Shown: positions 1-17,938, counted from the stretch's first letter. The stretch: DNA of 64,000 bases from Escherichia coli (GCF_001677475.2 NZ_CP015229.1); one strand, 5' to 3'. Program-made: numbers and translations. Notes: generated by a model not told the origin, from the sequence alone.

Positions 1-2107
<2,107 letters not shown>

Positions 2108-2108
<1 letters not shown>

Positions 2109-3481
2109 TGACCACGCGCCTGACTCGCTGGCTAACCACGCTGGATAATTTTGAAGCCAAAATGGCGCAGTTGCCTGCGGTACGTCGCTACGGGCGATTA
2201 ACTCGCGCTACCGGGCTGGTGCTGGAAGCCACCGGATTACAATTGCCGCTCGGCGCAACCTGTGTCATTGAGCGCCAGAACGGCAGCGAAACGCACGAAG
2301 TAGAAAGCGAAGTAGTCGGCTTTAACGGTCAACGGCTGTTTTTAATGCCGCTGGAGGAAGTGGAAGGTGTCCTGCCCGGCGCGCGGGTTTATGCCAAAAA
2401 CATTTCGGCTGAAGGACTGCAAAGCGGCAAGCAGTTGCCGCTCGGTCCGGCGTTATTAGGTCGTGTTCTGGACGGCAGCGGTAAACCGCTCGATGGCCTC
2501 CCCTCCCCCGATACGACGGAAACCGGTGCGCTGATTACCCCGCCATTTAACCCGTTGCAACGTACACCGATTGAACATGTGCTGGACACCGGCGTGCGCC
2601 CAATCAATGCCTTGCTTACCGTCGGACGCGGGCAGCGTATGGGGCTGTTTGCCGGGTCCGGCGTTGGTAAAAGTGTGCTGCTGGGGATGATGGCCCGTTA
2701 CACCCGTGCCGATGTCATTGTCGTGGGTTTGATTGGTGAACGTGGGCGCGAAGTAAAAGATTTTATTGAGAATATCCTCGGTGCTGAAGGGCGTGCACGC
2801 TCAGTAGTGATTGCCGCTCCGGCGGATGTTTCTCCGCTCCTGCGAATGCAGGGTGCCGCCTATGCCACGCGCATTGCCGAAGATTTTCGCGATCGTGGTC
2901 AGCATGTGTTGCTGATTATGGACTCCCTCACCCGCTACGCGATGGCCCAGCGTGAGATTGCGCTGGCGATTGGCGAACCACCCGCCACTAAAGGTTATCC
3001 ACCGTCGGTGTTTGCCAAATTACCGGCACTGGTCGAGCGTGCCGGAAATGGCATTAGCGGCGGCGGATCGATTACCGCGTTTTATACCGTGCTCACCGAA
3101 GGCGATGACCAGCAGGACCCCATTGCTGACTCCGCACGGGCAATCCTCGACGGTCATATTGTGCTGTCTCGCCGACTGGCGGAAGCCGGACACTATCCGG
3201 CTATCGATATTGAAGCGTCGATCAGCCGCGCAATGACGGCGTTGATCAGTGAGCAACATTACGCGCGAGTGCGCACCTTCAAACAGCTGTTGTCGAGTTT
3301 TCAGCGTAACCGCGATCTGGTTAGCGTCGGCGCGTATGCCAAAGGCAGCGATCCGATGCTCGATAAAGCCATCGCCCTGTGGCCGCAGCTGGAGGGATAT
3401 TTGCAACAAGGCATTTTTGAACGTGCGGACTGGGAAGCGTCTCTCCAGGGGCTGGAGCGTATTTTCCCGACAGTGTCATAA
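2108..3481 (+). CDS. fliI: flagellum-specific ATP synthase FliI
   Basis: 457-aa ORF with Walker A GSGVGKS; operon position. Confidence 0.95.
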
Positions 3482-3499
3482 CCCAGGAGATAACGGCAG

Positions 3500-3943
3500 A
3501 TGGCAGAACATGGCGCGCTGGCGACCCTGAAAGATCTGGCAGAAAAAGAGGTAGAGGATGCCGCGCGCCTGCTGGGTGAAATGCGTCGCGGATGTCAGCA
3601 GGCGGAAGAACAGCTCAAAATGCTGATCGATTATCAGAATGAATATCGCAATAACCTCAACAGCGATATGAGTGCCGGGATGACCAGCAACCGCTGGATC
3701 AACTATCAGCAGTTTATCCAGACGCTGGAAAAAGCCATTACTCAGCATCGCCAGCAACTTAATCAGTGGACGCAGAAAGTTGACATTGCCCTGAACAGCT
3801 GGCGAGAAAAGAAACAACGTTTGCAGGCCTGGCAGACACTGCAGGAACGGCAATCCACGGCGGCACTGCTTGCAGAAAACCGCCTCGATCAGAAAAAGAT
3901 GGATGAGTTCGCCCAGCGCGCCGCCATGAGGAAACCTGAATGA
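3500..3943 (+). CDS. fliJ: flagellar export chaperone FliJ
   Basis: 147-aa ORF after fliI. Confidence 0.9.
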   Translation: MAEHGALATLKDLAEKEVEDAARLLGEMRRGCQQAEEQLKMLIDYQNEYRNNLNSDMSAGMTSNRWINYQQFIQTLEKAITQHRQQLNQWTQKVDIALNSWREKKQRLQAWQTLQERQSTAALLAENRLDQKKMDEFAQRAAMRKPE

Positions 3944-5067
3944 TTCGCTTAGCGCCCTTGATTACCGCCGACGTTGACACCACCACATTACCTGGCGGCA
4001 AAGCCAGCGATGCTGCACAAGATTTTCTCGCGTTGTTGAGCGAAGCATTCGCAGGCGCGACAACAACCGACAAAGCGGCCCCCCAGTTGCTGGTGGCAAC
4101 TGATAAGCCCTCGGCAAAAGGCGAGCCGCTGGTCAGCGATATTCTTTCAGACGCGCAACAAGCAGATTTACTGATCCCTGTGGATGAAACACCGCCTGTC
4201 ATCAACGACGAACAATCCACATCAACACCGTTAACCACCGCTCAGACGATAACGTTGGCTGCGGCGGCTGACAACAATACGGCAAAAGACGAAAAAGCGG
4301 ATGATCTGAATGAAGACGTCACCGCCAGCCTGAGTGCCCTTTTTGCGATGTTGCCGGGTTTTGACAATACGCCCAAAGTGACTGATGCACCGTCAACCGT
4401 ATTACCGACAGAGAAACCAACGCTCTTCACAAAACTGACTTCTGCGCAACTCACAACAGCACAGCCTGATGACGCCCCCGGCACATCAGCTCAGCCATTA
4501 ACACCGCTGGTAGCAGAATCCCAGAGTAAAGCGGAAGTCATCAGCACACCTTCGCCGGTGACTGCTGCCGCCAGCCCGCTAATCACTCCACACCAGACAC
4601 AGCCACTGCCCACCGTCGCCGCGCCTGTTTTGAGTGCACCGCTGGGTTCTCACGAATGGCAACAATCATTAAGCCAGCATATTTCGCTGTTTACCCGCCA
4701 GGGGCAACAAAGCGCAGAGTTGCGTCTGCACCCGCAGGATTTAGGTGAAGTGCAAATCTCCCTCAAAGTGGATGATAACCAGGCGCAAATCCAGATGGTT
4801 TCACCGCATCAACACGTACGCGCCGCGCTGGAAGCAGCGCTTCCGGTACTGCGTACGCAGCTGGCCGAAAGTGGCATTCAGTTAGGGCAAAGCAACATCA
4901 GTGGCGAAAGCTTTAGTGGTCAACAGCAGGCAGCTTCCCAGCAACAGCAAAGCCAACGCACAGCAAACCATGAACCTCTGGCGGGGGAAGACGACGATAC
5001 GCTTCCGGTTCCCGTCTCTTTACAAGGGCGTGTAACAGGCAACAGCGGCGTTGATATTTTCGCCTAA
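3940..5067 (+). CDS. fliK: flagellar hook-length control protein FliK
   Basis: 375-aa Pro/Thr/Ala-rich ORF overlapping fliJ stop. Confidence 0.9.
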   Translation: MIRLAPLITADVDTTTLPGGKASDAAQDFLALLSEAFAGATTTDKAAPQLLVATDKPSAKGEPLVSDILSDAQQADLLIPVDETPPVINDEQSTSTPLTTAQTITLAAAADNNTAKDEKADDLNEDVTASLSALFAMLPGFDNTPKVTDAPSTVLPTEKPTLFTKLTSAQLTTAQPDDAPGTSAQPLTPLVAESQSKAEVISTPSPVTAAASPLITPHQTQPLPTVAAPVLSAPLGSHEWQQSLSQHISLFTRQGQQSAELRLHPQDLGEVQISLKVDDNQAQIQMVSPHQHVRAALEAALPVLRTQLAESGIQLGQSNISGESFSGQQQAASQQQQSQRTANHEPLAGEDDDTLPVPVSLQGRVTGNSGVDIFA

Positions 5068-5171
5068 CGTCAGAGGTAGCACCGTAATCCGCGTCTTTTC
5101 CCCGCTTTGTTGCGCTCAAGACGCAGGATAATTAGCCGATAAGCAGTAGCGACACAGGAAGACCGCAACAC

Positions 5172-5636
5172 ATGACTGATTACGCGATAAGCAAGAAAAG
5201 CAAGCGATCGCTTTGGATCCCGATTCTGGTATTCATTACCCTCGCGGCCTGTGCCAGCGCAGGTTACAGCTACTGGCATTCGCATCAGGTTGCCGCTGAA
5301 GACAAAGCGCAGCAACGCGTCGTGCCCTCCCCGGTCTTCTATGCGCTGGATACCTTTACGGTCAATTTGGGCGATGCGGATCGCGTGCTTTATATCGGCA
5401 TAACCCTGCGCCTGAAAGATGAAGCTACCCGCTCGCGGCTGAGTGAGTATTTGCCGGAAGTCCGTAGCCGTTTGCTGTTACTGTTTTCGCGTCAGGATGC
5501 TGCCGTACTGGCGACAGAAGAAGGCAAGAAAAACCTGATTGCCGAGATTAAAACCACACTTTCCACCCCGCTTGTTGCCGGGCAACCGAAACAGGATGTC
5601 ACCGACGTGCTGTATACCGCTTTTATTCTGCGATAA
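5172..5636 (+). CDS. fliL: flagellar basal body-associated protein FliL
   Basis: 154-aa ORF with N-terminal TM segment; first gene of fliL operon. Confidence 0.9.
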   Translation: MTDYAISKKSKRSLWIPILVFITLAACASAGYSYWHSHQVAAEDKAQQRVVPSPVFYALDTFTVNLGDADRVLYIGITLRLKDEATRSRLSEYLPEVRSRLLLLFSRQDAAVLATEEGKKNLIAEIKTTLSTPLVAGQPKQDVTDVLYTAFILR

Positions 5637-5640
5637 CGAC

Positions 5641-6645
5641 ATGGGCGATAGTATTCTTTCTCAAGCTGAAATTGATGCGCTGTTGAATGGTGACAGCGAA
5701 GTCAAAGACGAACCGACAGCCAGTGTTAGCGGCGAAAGTGACATTCGTCCGTACGATCCGAATACCCAACGACGGGTTGTGCGCGAACGTTTGCAGGCGC
5801 TGGAAATCATTAATGAGCGCTTTGCCCGCCATTTTCGTATGGGGCTGTTCAACCTGCTGCGTCGTAGCCCGGATATAACCGTCGGGGCCATCCGCATTCA
5901 GCCGTACCATGAATTTGCCCGCAACCTGCCGGTGCCGACCAACCTGAACCTTATCCATCTGAAACCGCTGCGCGGCACAGGGCTGGTGGTGTTCTCACCG
6001 AGTCTGGTGTTTATCGCCGTGGATAACCTGTTTGGCGGCGATGGACGCTTCCCGACCAAAGTGGAAGGTCGCGAGTTTACCCATACCGAACAGCGCGTCA
6101 TCAACCGCATGTTAAAGCTGGCGCTTGAAGGCTATAGCGACGCCTGGAAGGCGATTAATCCGCTGGAAGTTGAGTACGTGCGTTCGGAAATGCAGGTGAA
6201 ATTTACCAATATCACCACCTCGCCGAACGACATTGTGGTTAACACGCCGTTCCATGTGGAGATTGGCAACCTGACCGGCGAATTTAATATCTGCCTGCCA
6301 TTCAGCATGATCGAACCGCTACGAGAATTGTTGGTTAACCCGCCGCTGGAAAACTCGCGTAATGAAGATCAGAACTGGCGCGATAACCTGGTGCGCCAGG
6401 TGCAGCATTCACAGCTGGAGCTGGTCGCCAACTTTGCCGATATCTCGCTACGCCTGTCGCAGATTTTAAAACTGAAACCTGGCGATGTCCTGCCGATAGA
6501 AAAACCCGATCGCATCATCGCTCATGTTGACGGCGTTCCGGTGCTGACCAGTCAGTACGGCACCCTCAACGGTCAATATGCGTTACGAATAGAACATTTG
6601 ATTAACCCGATTTTAAATTCTCTGAACGAGGAACAGCCCAAATGA
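5641..6645 (+). CDS. fliM: flagellar motor switch protein FliM
   Basis: ORF 5539-6645; start placed at MGDSILSQAEIDALL (334 aa) just after fliL stop. Confidence 0.9.
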   Translation: MGDSILSQAEIDALLNGDSEVKDEPTASVSGESDIRPYDPNTQRRVVRERLQALEIINERFARHFRMGLFNLLRRSPDITVGAIRIQPYHEFARNLPVPTNLNLIHLKPLRGTGLVVFSPSLVFIAVDNLFGGDGRFPTKVEGREFTHTEQRVINRMLKLALEGYSDAWKAINPLEVEYVRSEMQVKFTNITTSPNDIVVNTPFHVEIGNLTGEFNICLPFSMIEPLRELLVNPPLENSRNEDQNWRDNLVRQVQHSQLELVANFADISLRLSQILKLKPGDVLPIEKPDRIIAHVDGVPVLTSQYGTLNGQYALRIEHLINPILNSLNEEQPK

Positions 6646-7055
6646 GTGACATGAATAATCCGGCCGATGACAACAACGGCGCAATGGACGATCTGTGGGC
6701 TGAAGCGTTGAGCGAACAAAAATCAACCAGCGGCAAAAGCGCTGCCGACGCGGTGTTCCAGCAATTTGGCGGTGGTGATGTCAGCGGAACGTTGCAGGAT
6801 ATCGACCTGATTATGGATATTCCGGTCAAGCTGACCGTCGAGCTGGGCCGCACACGAATGACCATCAAAGAGCTGTTGCGTCTGACGCAAGGGTCAGTCG
6901 TGGCGCTGGACGGTCTGGCGGGCGAACCGCTGGATATTCTGATCAACGGTTATTTAATCGCCCAGGGCGAAGTGGTGGTCGTTGCCGATAAATATGGCGT
7001 GCGGATCACCGATATCATTACTCCGTCTGAGCGAATGCGTCGCCTGAGCCGTTAG
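6642..7055 (+). CDS. fliN: flagellar motor switch protein FliN
   Basis: 137-aa ORF overlapping fliM stop. Confidence 0.9.
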   Translation: MSDMNNPADDNNGAMDDLWAEALSEQKSTSGKSAADAVFQQFGGGDVSGTLQDIDLIMDIPVKLTVELGRTRMTIKELLRLTQGSVVALDGLAGEPLDILINGYLIAQGEVVVVADKYGVRITDIITPSERMRRLSR

Positions 7056-7423
7056 TGATGAATAACCACGCTACTGTGCAATCTTCCGCGCCGGTTTCTG
7101 CTGCGCCACTGCTGCAGGTGAGCGGCGCACTCATCGCCATTATTGCCCTGATCCTCGCTGCTGCCTGGCTGGTAAAACGGCTGGGATTTGCCCCTAAACG
7201 AACTGGCGTTAACGGTCTGAAAATTAGTGCCAGTACTTCGCTGGGCGCGCGTGAACGGGTCGTGGTGGTCGATGTGGAAGATGCACGGCTGGTGCTCGGC
7301 GTTACCGCAGGGCAAATCAATCTGCTGCATAAACTTCCCCCTTCAGCACCAACGGAAGAGATACTGCAGACCGATTTTCAGTCGGTCATGAAAAACTTGC
7401 TTAAGCGTAGCGGGAGATCCTGA
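7055..7423 (+). CDS. fliO: flagellar biosynthesis protein FliO
   Basis: 122-aa ORF with TM segment between fliN and fliP. Confidence 0.85.
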   Translation: MMNNHATVQSSAPVSAAPLLQVSGALIAIIALILAAAWLVKRLGFAPKRTGVNGLKISASTSLGARERVVVVDVEDARLVLGVTAGQINLLHKLPPSAPTEEILQTDFQSVMKNLLKRSGRS

Positions 7424-8160
7424 TGCGTCGTTTGTTGTCTGTCGCACCTGTCCTTCTCTGTCTGGTTACGCCCCTCGCCTTCGCGCAACTGCCGGGTATC
7501 ACCAGCCAGCCGCTGCCTGGCGGTGGACAAAGCTGGTCGCTCCCGGTGCAGACGCTGGTGTTCATCACCTCGTTGACGTTTATTCCGGCAATTTTACTGA
7601 TGATGACCAGTTTCACCCGCATCATCATTGTTTTTGGTTTATTGCGTAACGCACTGGGAACACCCTCCGCGCCACCTAACCAGGTATTGCTGGGGCTGGC
7701 ACTGTTTTTGACCTTTTTTATTATGTCACCGGTGATCGACAAAATTTATGTCGATGCGTACCAGCCATTCAGCGAAGAGAAAATATCAATGCAGGAGGCG
7801 CTGGAAAAAGGGGCGCAGCCGCTACGTGAGTTTATGCTGCGTCAGACCCGTGAGGCGGATTTAGGGTTGTTTGCCAGACTAGCGAATACCGGCCCGTTGC
7901 AGGGACCTGAAGCCGTGCCGATGCGCATTTTGCTCCCGGCCTACGTGACCAGCGAGTTGAAAACCGCATTTCAGATAGGCTTCACGATTTTCATCCCTTT
8001 TTTAATTATCGACCTGGTGATTGCCAGCGTGTTGATGGCATTGGGGATGATGATGGTCCCCCCCGCCACCATTGCTCTGCCCTTTAAACTGATGCTGTTT
8101 GTACTGGTGGATGGTTGGCAATTGCTGGTCGGTTCGCTGGCGCAGAGCTTTTACAGCTAG
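7423..8160 (+). CDS. fliP: flagellar export apparatus protein FliP
   Basis: 245-aa polytopic membrane ORF. Confidence 0.95.
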   Translation: MRRLLSVAPVLLCLVTPLAFAQLPGITSQPLPGGGQSWSLPVQTLVFITSLTFIPAILLMMTSFTRIIIVFGLLRNALGTPSAPPNQVLLGLALFLTFFIMSPVIDKIYVDAYQPFSEEKISMQEALEKGAQPLREFMLRQTREADLGLFARLANTGPLQGPEAVPMRILLPAYVTSELKTAFQIGFTIFIPFLIIDLVIASVLMALGMMMVPPATIALPFKLMLFVLVDGWQLLVGSLAQSFYS

Positions 8161-8169
8161 AGAGGCAAA

Positions 8170-8439
8170 ATGACACCTGAATCGGTCATGATGATGGGGA
8201 CTGAAGCGATGAAAGTCGCGCTGGCACTGGCTGCCCCGCTGTTGCTGGTGGCACTGGTCACTGGCCTTATCATCAGTATTTTGCAGGCCGCTACACAGAT
8301 TAACGAAATGACGCTGTCGTTTATTCCGAAAATCATCGCCGTATTTATCGCCATTATTATTGCCGGACCGTGGATGCTCAATCTGTTGCTGGATTACGTC
8401 CGCACCTTGTTCACTAACCTGCCATATATCATCGGGTAG
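8170..8439 (+). CDS. fliQ: flagellar export apparatus protein FliQ
   Basis: 89-aa hydrophobic ORF. Confidence 0.95.
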   Translation: MTPESVMMMGTEAMKVALALAAPLLLVALVTGLIISILQAATQINEMTLSFIPKIIAVFIAIIIAGPWMLNLLLDYVRTLFTNLPYIIG

Positions 8440-8447
8440 CCCGTACA

Positions 8448-9233
8448 ATGATGCAGGTGACAAGCGATCAATGGCTTTCCTGGCTAAGTCTGTACTTCTG
8501 GCCGTTACTGCGCGTGCTGGCGCTCATTTCTACCGCGCCAATTCTGAGCGAACGCAGCGTGCCGAAACGGGTAAAACTGGGTCTGGCAATGATGATCACG
8601 TTCGCCATTGCCCCATCATTACCTGCCAACGATGTTCCTGTTTTTTCGTTCTTTGCTCTGTGGCTGGCCGTGCAGCAGATCCTGATCGGCATTGCGCTTG
8701 GTTTTACCATGCAATTTGCCTTTGCCGCTGTGCGAACCGCTGGCGAAATTATCGGTCTGCAAATGGGGCTGTCATTTGCGACATTTGTCGATCCGGCCAG
8801 CCATCTTAATATGCCCGTTTTAGCGCGTATCATGGATATGCTGGCGTTACTGCTGTTCCTGACATTTAACGGTCATTTATGGTTGATTTCACTGCTGGTC
8901 GATACCTTTCACACCCTGCCGATTGGTGGCGAACCGTTGAACAGCAATGCGTTTCTGGCACTCACCAAAGCAGGGAGTTTGATTTTCCTTAACGGGCTGA
9001 TGCTGGCGTTACCGCTCATTACTCTGCTGCTGACACTGAATCTGGCATTAGGTTTACTTAATCGTATGGCCCCGCAATTATCCATTTTTGTTATTGGATT
9101 TCCATTAACTCTGACTGTCGGCATCTCTTTAATGGCGGCATTAATGCCGTTAATTGCGCCTTTTTGCGAACATTTATTCAGTGAAATTTTTAATTTGCTG
9201 GCGGATATTATTAGTGAATTGCCATTAATATAA
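8448..9233 (+). CDS. fliR: flagellar export apparatus protein FliR
   Basis: 261-aa polytopic membrane ORF ending the operon. Confidence 0.95.
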   Translation: MMQVTSDQWLSWLSLYFWPLLRVLALISTAPILSERSVPKRVKLGLAMMITFAIAPSLPANDVPVFSFFALWLAVQQILIGIALGFTMQFAFAAVRTAGEIIGLQMGLSFATFVDPASHLNMPVLARIMDMLALLLFLTFNGHLWLISLLVDTFHTLPIGGEPLNSNAFLALTKAGSLIFLNGLMLALPLITLLLTLNLALGLLNRMAPQLSIFVIGFPLTLTVGISLMAALMPLIAPFCEHLFSEIFNLLADIISELPLI

Positions 9234-9522
9234 TTCCGTAACGTTTATCATGTTATCCTAAGGATTATCCGAAAAATAATACCTGCGAACATCTTCCAGG
9301 ATACTCCTGTGGCGAAATATTTGTTTTAAGCTCACTCACATATCGCAACATTTACTTTACTTTAAGACAATTCCAGGCAAATTATACAACACTTTACGGG
9401 ATAGTAAGTCCGCCTGAAAAATCGCGAGAGTGGCGCATTAGGTGACCCATGTTGTTCCGTTTAGTCATGATGAAATATTCAGGTAAGGGGAATTATCGTT
9501 ACGCATTGAGTGAGGGTATGCC

Positions 9523-10146
9523 ATGTCAACGATTATTATGGATTTATGTAGTTACACCCGACTAGGTTTAACCGGGTATCTGTTGAGTAGAGGGGTTAAA
9601 AAAAGAGAAATCAACGACATTGAAACCGTTGATGACCTTGCCATAGCTTGTGATTCACAGCGCCCTTCAGTGGTGTTTATTAATGAGGACTGTTTCATCC
9701 ACGATGCTTCTAACAGTCAGCGTATCAAGCTCATCATTAATCAACATCCCAATACGTTATTTATCGTTTTTATGGCAATTGCCAATGTTCATTTTGATGA
9801 ATATCTATTGGTCAGGAAAAATTTATTGATCAGTTCTAAATCGATCAAACCGGAATCTCTCGACGATATCCTTGGCGATATTCTGAAAAAAGAGACAACG
9901 GTAACCTCGTTTTTAAATATGCCGACGTTATCATTGAGCCGAACCGAATCGAGTATGTTGCGAATGTGGATGGCAGGTCAGGGAACAATTCAAATCTCCG
10001 ACCAAATGAATATCAAAGCCAAGACCGTTTCATCGCATAAAGGTAATATTAAACGTAAGATCAAAACGCATAATAAACAGGTTATCTACCATGTCGTCCG
10101 ACTGACGGATAATGTAACTAATGGTATTTTTGTCAACATGCGCTAA
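9523..10146 (+). CDS. rcsA: LuxR-family capsule synthesis regulator RcsA
   Basis: 207-aa ORF with C-terminal LuxR-type HTH; long AT-rich upstream region. Confidence 0.9.
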   Translation: MSTIIMDLCSYTRLGLTGYLLSRGVKKREINDIETVDDLAIACDSQRPSVVFINEDCFIHDASNSQRIKLIINQHPNTLFIVFMAIANVHFDEYLLVRKNLLISSKSIKPESLDDILGDILKKETTVTSFLNMPTLSLSRTESSMLRMWMAGQGTIQISDQMNIKAKTVSSHKGNIKRKIKTHNKQVIYHVVRLTDNVTNGIFVNMR

Positions 10147-10152
10147 CACATT

Positions 10153-10178
10153 CTGACTGGTGGTTTCCCACCAGTCAG
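10153..10178. terminator. bidirectional intrinsic terminator between rcsA and dsrB
   Basis: perfect hairpin CTGACTGGTGG-TTTC-CCACCAGTCAG between convergent genes. Confidence 0.6.
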
Positions 10179-10189
10179 GCTGAATAAGA

Positions 10190-10468
<279 letters not shown>

Positions 10469-10540
10469 CTATACTTAAGAGATGCCAGGCGGACTTAACG
10501 ACTGGCGGCAACAACAGAGTAACGGTTGCGAGGAAAGATG

Positions 10541-10768
10541 ATGAAAACCGCAAAAGAGTACAGCGATACCGCAAAACGTGAGGTCAGCGTCGATGTCGAT
10601 GCCCTGCTGGCGGCGATCAATGAAATTAGCGAAAGCGAAGTTCATCGCAGCCAGAACGATTCTGAACACGTTAGCGTCGATGGACGTGAATATCATACAT
10701 GGCGTGAATTGGCGGATGCCTTCGAACTGGATATTCATGACTTCAGCGTCTCTGAAGTGAATCGTTGA
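10541..10768 (+). CDS. yodD: small stress-induced protein YodD
   Basis: ORF 10526-10768; start placed at MKTAKEYSDTAKREV (75 aa). Confidence 0.8.
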   Translation: MKTAKEYSDTAKREVSVDVDALLAAINEISESEVHRSQNDSEHVSVDGREYHTWRELADAFELDIHDFSVSEVNR

Positions 10769-10781
10769 ATGCACAATAAAA

Positions 10782-10868
10782 AAATCCCGACCCTGAGGGG
10801 GTCGGGATGAAACTTGCTTAAGCAAGAAGCACTTAAAAAATTCGTTACACCAGGAAATCTGATGTGTT
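10782..10868 (-). ncRNA. dsrA: Hfq-dependent sRNA DsrA
   Basis: reverse complement reads AACACATCAGATTTCCTGGTGTAACGAATTTTTTAAGTGCTTCTTGCTTAAGCAAGTTTCATCCCGACCCCCTCAGGGTCGGGATTT with terminal hairpin and U-run. Confidence 0.85.
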
Positions 10869-11047
10869 CATCACCTTATCCGCAATTTTTTTCGCTGACA
10901 AGAAAATATTCGCTATATAAATGATTAACGCTACTTATGAATAGAAATGTGACGCACGTCACCCCTTGGTGGCTCTGGCGTCAACGGGATCGCTCCCGAA
11001 AAGATCGTCTTTGATTATTTGTGCTGTTTTGAGAATCATCCTGGTAA

Positions 11048-13572
<2,525 letters not shown>

Positions 13573-13742
13573 CCTGACGACTCCCAACCTGCTTTTTTAT
13601 GATTCTGGCATAACCCGGCGATAACGTACCGCAAAACAGCGATAATTTTATAATGGTGGCATGATAAGACGCGACTATCATTCATTGCAGGCATTGGCAC
13701 ACCAGGCTGGATGTGATCCGGCCTGGTGTTAATGATACCCTT

Positions 13743-13925
13743 TCAAACTTCTTCCGCAGGACGACTCCCCTCCCCCGGAACAAGCTCGGTTTCATGAAAA
13801 GCTTCGCGCTTGACCCCGTAACCGTCATACCAACGACACTCAACCATACCGCTGGAGTATCCAGTGACAATCATCCGCGGGCCGCCCTCTTTAACCGTAA
13901 CTTCCTCACTAACCATAAAGCTCAT
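13743..13925 (-). CDS. yodC: small protein YodC
   Basis: 60-aa ORF in conserved position. Confidence 0.7.
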   Translation of the reverse strand: MSFMVSEEVTVKEGGPRMIVTGYSSGMVECRWYDGYGVKREAFHETELVPGEGSRPAEEV

Positions 13926-14003
13926 ACTCGCCTCCTTTTTTCGAGTGAAACTTGTTCACCTTAGTTGAAGATGGCGAATTTTGCATAATAGCCAGTGCGA
14001 GTA

Positions 14004-14921
14004 TTAATGTGCCTGACCGCGCATTTTCGCTACTGCTTTCACTCCCAGCACCACGATGCCGCCGATGATAAATCCAAGAATCAGATTTAAAATAGTCGGT
14101 AATATCATCGCCACCACTGCACTTTGCTGCCCGGCGAAATGTTCAATGGCGTGATGCAACGGCGCAATACCATGTACCACAATCCCGCCGCCGACGAGGA
14201 ACATCGCCAGCGTACCGACAATCGATAACGCTTTCATCAACCAGGGCGCGATAATCAATAACCCTTTACCTAATGCCTGCATCAGCGCGCTGGATTTTTC
14301 CGCCAGCCAATACCCCAGGTCATCAATCTTAACGATAACCCCTACCAGACCGTAGACGCCCACGGTCACTACCAGCGCGATGCCTGAAAGCACCAGCACC
14401 TGATTAAGCAACGGCGCTTCTGCCACAATCCCCAGCGTGATGGCGACGATTTCCGCAGACAATATAAAATCGGTACGAATCGCCCCTTTTATTTTGTCCT
14501 TTTCAAACTTCAGCGGATCCTGCGCCGCCAGCTTCTCCAGACGCTGCTGACTCTGCGCCGGATCTTCTTTATGTTTACGCGCCTCCAGCATATGCAGCAC
14601 TTTCTCTACCCCTTCAAAGCAGAGAAACGCGCCGCCAATCATCAACAGTGGTGTAATCGCCCACGGGATAAACGCACTGATGATCAGCGCCAGCGGCACC
14701 AGAATCACTTTATTGATCAGCGATCCTTTCGCCACGCCCCAGACCACGGGAAGTTCCCGGTTGGCCCGCACGCCTGAAACTTGTTGCGCATTGAGCGATA
14801 AGTCATCCCCTAATACACCGGCGGTTTTCTTCGCCGCCAGTTTGCCCATCACGGAAATATCGTCCAGCAGTGTGGCGATATCATCGAGCAACGTCAGTAA
14901 ACTACTCCCGGCCAAAAGCAT
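14004..14921 (-). CDS. yedI: DUF808 inner membrane protein YedI
   Basis: 305-aa polytopic membrane ORF. Confidence 0.85.
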   Translation of the reverse strand: MLLAGSSLLTLLDDIATLLDDISVMGKLAAKKTAGVLGDDLSLNAQQVSGVRANRELPVVWGVAKGSLINKVILVPLALIISAFIPWAITPLLMIGGAFLCFEGVEKVLHMLEARKHKEDPAQSQQRLEKLAAQDPLKFEKDKIKGAIRTDFILSAEIVAITLGIVAEAPLLNQVLVLSGIALVVTVGVYGLVGVIVKIDDLGYWLAEKSSALMQALGKGLLIIAPWLMKALSIVGTLAMFLVGGGIVVHGIAPLHHAIEHFAGQQSAVVAMILPTILNLILGFIIGGIVVLGVKAVAKMRGQAH

Positions 14922-15093
14922 TCCCTCTCATTTTTATTGTTGAAGGGTGTAAGTATGAAGCAAAAACGGCAGCTCTGATACTTGCTTCACAGGTCAACAT
15001 TTTTTTAACAATCAAGTGCAATTATATCTCTCGCCAGCAGAATGATTTTCACGTTTACTATGACCCACCTTTTTATTTCCACCGTGAGGGATT

Positions 15094-16014
15094 ATGCGTT
15101 TCCGCCAGTTATTACCGCTTTTTGGCGCGCTGTTTGCGTTGTATATCATTTGGGGCTCAACCTATTTTGTCATTCGGATTGGCGTGGAAAGCTGGCCGCC
15201 GTTAATGATGGCGGGCGTGCGATTCCTGGCAGCCGGTATTTTATTGCTGGCATTTTTGCTACTGCGCGGACACAAACTTCCCCCGCTACGTCCGCTGCTC
15301 AATGCCGCGCTGATTGGCCTGTTATTGCTGGCTGTCGGTAATGGCATGGTGACGGTTGCCGAACATCAAAATGTTCCTTCCGGCATCGCCGCCGTAGTGG
15401 TTGCAACCGTGCCTCTCTTTACCCTGTGCTTCAGCCGCCTGTTTGGCATTAAAACGCGCAAACTGGAATGGGTGGGTATCGCCATTGGGCTTGCCGGAAT
15501 CATCATGCTCAATAGCGGTGGAAATTTAAGCGGCAATCCGTGGGGCGCGATTCTGATTTTAATCGGCTCGATTAGCTGGGCGTTTGGCTCGGTTTATGGC
15601 TCGCGCATTACCTTACCTGTAGGGATGATGGCGGGTGCGATTGAGATGCTGGCGGCAGGCGTGGTGTTAATGATTGCGTCGATGATTGCGGGTGAAAAAC
15701 TGACGGCGCTCCCTTCTCTTTCAGGCTTCCTTGCGGTCGGCTATCTGGCGCTGTTTGGTTCGATTATCGCCATTAACGCTTATATGTATTTAATCCGCAA
15801 CGTCAGTCCGGCTCTCGCCACCAGCTACGCCTACGTTAACCCGGTGGTCGCGGTCTTGCTGGGTACGGGACTGGGCGGAGAGACGCTGTCGAAGATTGAA
15901 TGGCTGGCGCTCGGCGTAATTGTCTTCGCAGTGGTACTGGTCACGTTGGGAAAATATCTCTTCCCGGCCAAACCCGTAGTTGCGCCAGTTATTCAGGACG
16001 CATCAAGCGAGTAA
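15094..16014 (+). CDS. yedA: EamA/DMT-family transporter YedA
   Basis: 306-aa ORF, about 10 TM segments. Confidence 0.85.
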   Translation: MRFRQLLPLFGALFALYIIWGSTYFVIRIGVESWPPLMMAGVRFLAAGILLLAFLLLRGHKLPPLRPLLNAALIGLLLLAVGNGMVTVAEHQNVPSGIAAVVVATVPLFTLCFSRLFGIKTRKLEWVGIAIGLAGIIMLNSGGNLSGNPWGAILILIGSISWAFGSVYGSRITLPVGMMAGAIEMLAAGVVLMIASMIAGEKLTALPSLSGFLAVGYLALFGSIIAINAYMYLIRNVSPALATSYAYVNPVVAVLLGTGLGGETLSKIEWLALGVIVFAVVLVTLGKYLFPAKPVVAPVIQDASSE

Positions 16015-16473
16015 TTGAATCCCCTGCGTGTCGATCTGCGCGCTGGCACCTTCGCCGCAGATCCACTCTTCCAGACGCTCGCTAAGCGCTTCATCCGTCA
16101 GCTTCTCGCGCCCACGTAACGCACACTCCCAGACAATCAGTACGCGCCAGCCAAGCTCCTGCAATCGACTGAGATCACGGCGATCCCGCTCAACATTTTT
16201 ACTTATCTTCTCCAGCCAGAACTCGGTTCGAGTCGCAGGCACTTTAAACAGATAGCAGTGATGATGATGCCAGAAGCAGCCATGGGTAAATATCACGCAG
16301 CGATATTCATCAACGACAAAATCCGGGCGTCCGGGGAGATCCGCGTCCTGAACGCGAAACGCCAGGCCCTGCCCGGTTAACAGACTGGCCAGGCGCTTCT
16401 CAATCGCCGTATCACGCGTGGCAATCGCGCGCATATTTTTGCTGCGAGTGGCCTTATCGTGAACGTCGGCCAT
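16003..16473 (-). CDS. vsr: very short patch repair endonuclease Vsr
   Basis: ORF 16003-16635; start placed at [12 protein letters not shown] (156 aa); overlaps dcm 3' end as in known dcm-vsr pair. Confidence 0.9.
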   Translation of the reverse strand: MADVHDKATRSKNMRAIATRDTAIEKRLASLLTGQGLAFRVQDADLPGRPDFVVDEYRCVIFTHGCFWHHHHCYLFKVPATRTEFWLEKISKNVERDRRDLSRLQELGWRVLIVWECALRGREKLTDEALSERLEEWICGEGASAQIDTQGIQLLA

Positions 16474-17872
16474 GTTGTGCCTCTTGCTGACGCAACGCCA
16501 CCGCCTGTTTGATTTTTGGCTCAAGCAGTTTTGCCACCGCGGCAAAGACCGGCACGACCACCGAGTTACCGAACTGGCGATAGGCCTGAGTGTCCGAAAC
16601 CGGAATGCGGAATTTCGCTTCTCCCGGCGCTTCAAAACCCATTAAGCGCGCGCATTCACGGGGCGTTAACCGACGTGGACGATGTTGCTGATTCTGCGGA
16701 TCGTCAAAGTCTTTCTCACCTTTGGCCATATCCCAGCCGCGATCGATTAAAATTTCCGCGCCATCTTTGTAATAACGCGCAGACAGCGTACGCGTGACGC
16801 TTTGCGGATTGTTCGGATAAACCATTCCATAACCGAAGCCGTTACCGCGCGCCTGATGTTTTTTCGCATATCGATAGAGGTACTTCCACAGCACCGGCGT
16901 CAGGATATATTTCGCCTCGACCATCGGGTCCAGCAGCTGCGCCAGCGTCACTCGCTGCGCAGGGAAACATTCGCTGATATCACGCAGGGTAAAATCGGCT
17001 TTCAGATTCAGATCGCGACGAAAACCCACCAGCACGATGCGTTCACGGTGCTGCGGCAGAAAATGTTTGCCGTCGATGATTTTCGGATCGTCTGGCCCGT
17101 TATCTTCTGCATCAGCCACGTCATAGCCCAGTTCGTCCAGCGTCTGCATGATGATGCGGAACGTTTTACCCTGGTCGTGACTTTTCAGGTTTTTGACGTT
17201 TTCGAGCACAAACATCGCCGGACGACGCGCGTCGATAATGCGTACCACATCAAAGAACAGCGTGCCCTGGGTATCGCAGGCAAAACCGTGCGCCCGCCCG
17301 AGCGAGTTCTTTTTCGATACGCCAGCCAGCGAAAATGGCTGACAAGGGAAACCGGCCAGTAAAACATCGTGTTCAGGAATGTGTTGACGAATATGTTCCG
17401 CCGCCGCCTCATCACTCACTCCTTCTTTATGGCTGAGGGTGATGTCGCGGACATCTTCATTAAAACGATGCGTCGCCGGGTCGCAATAATGATTGGCTTT
17501 ATAAGTGCGTACCGCATGTTTGTTCCATTCGCTGGTAAACACGCACTGTCCGCCAATCGATTCAAAACCGCGACGGATGCCGCCAATTCCGGCGAATAGA
17601 TCGATAAAGCGAAACGCATAATGCGGATGATGTGCCGGTGGTTTGGGTAACAACGTTTGCAGATGGGCGAACTCTTTCTCACTTAAACGGTGCCATGCCG
17701 AGTCATTCGCCAGCGCACGTTTTAAAATTGCCGCGCTCCAGTGATTCTCACCCACACCATTAAGCTGCGCCACCAGCGTTTTAACATCATAAATTTGCAG
17801 CAGTTTCTCCAGCATTGCCTGTGCGGCATTCCCGGTGCTGTATGAATCGGTTACTGATATATTTTCCTGCAT
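16454..17872 (-). CDS. dcm: DNA cytosine-5 methyltransferase Dcm
   Basis: 472-aa ORF with C5-MTase motifs (FAGIGG, PCQ, ENV). Confidence 0.95.
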   Translation of the reverse strand: MQENISVTDSYSTGNAAQAMLEKLLQIYDVKTLVAQLNGVGENHWSAAILKRALANDSAWHRLSEKEFAHLQTLLPKPPAHHPHYAFRFIDLFAGIGGIRRGFESIGGQCVFTSEWNKHAVRTYKANHYCDPATHRFNEDVRDITLSHKEGVSDEAAAEHIRQHIPEHDVLLAGFPCQPFSLAGVSKKNSLGRAHGFACDTQGTLFFDVVRIIDARRPAMFVLENVKNLKSHDQGKTFRIIMQTLDELGYDVADAEDNGPDDPKIIDGKHFLPQHRERIVLVGFRRDLNLKADFTLRDISECFPAQRVTLAQLLDPMVEAKYILTPVLWKYLYRYAKKHQARGNGFGYGMVYPNNPQSVTRTLSARYYKDGAEILIDRGWDMAKGEKDFDDPQNQQHRPRRLTPRECARLMGFEAPGEAKFRIPVSDTQAYRQFGNSVVVPVFAAVAKLLEPKIKQAVALRQQEAQHGRRSR

Positions 17873-17938
17873 AGATTTAACCGGCCATCTGAGATGGCCG
17901 ACAGGTTAACATAATTACAGCCATTTAGGGCCACGCGC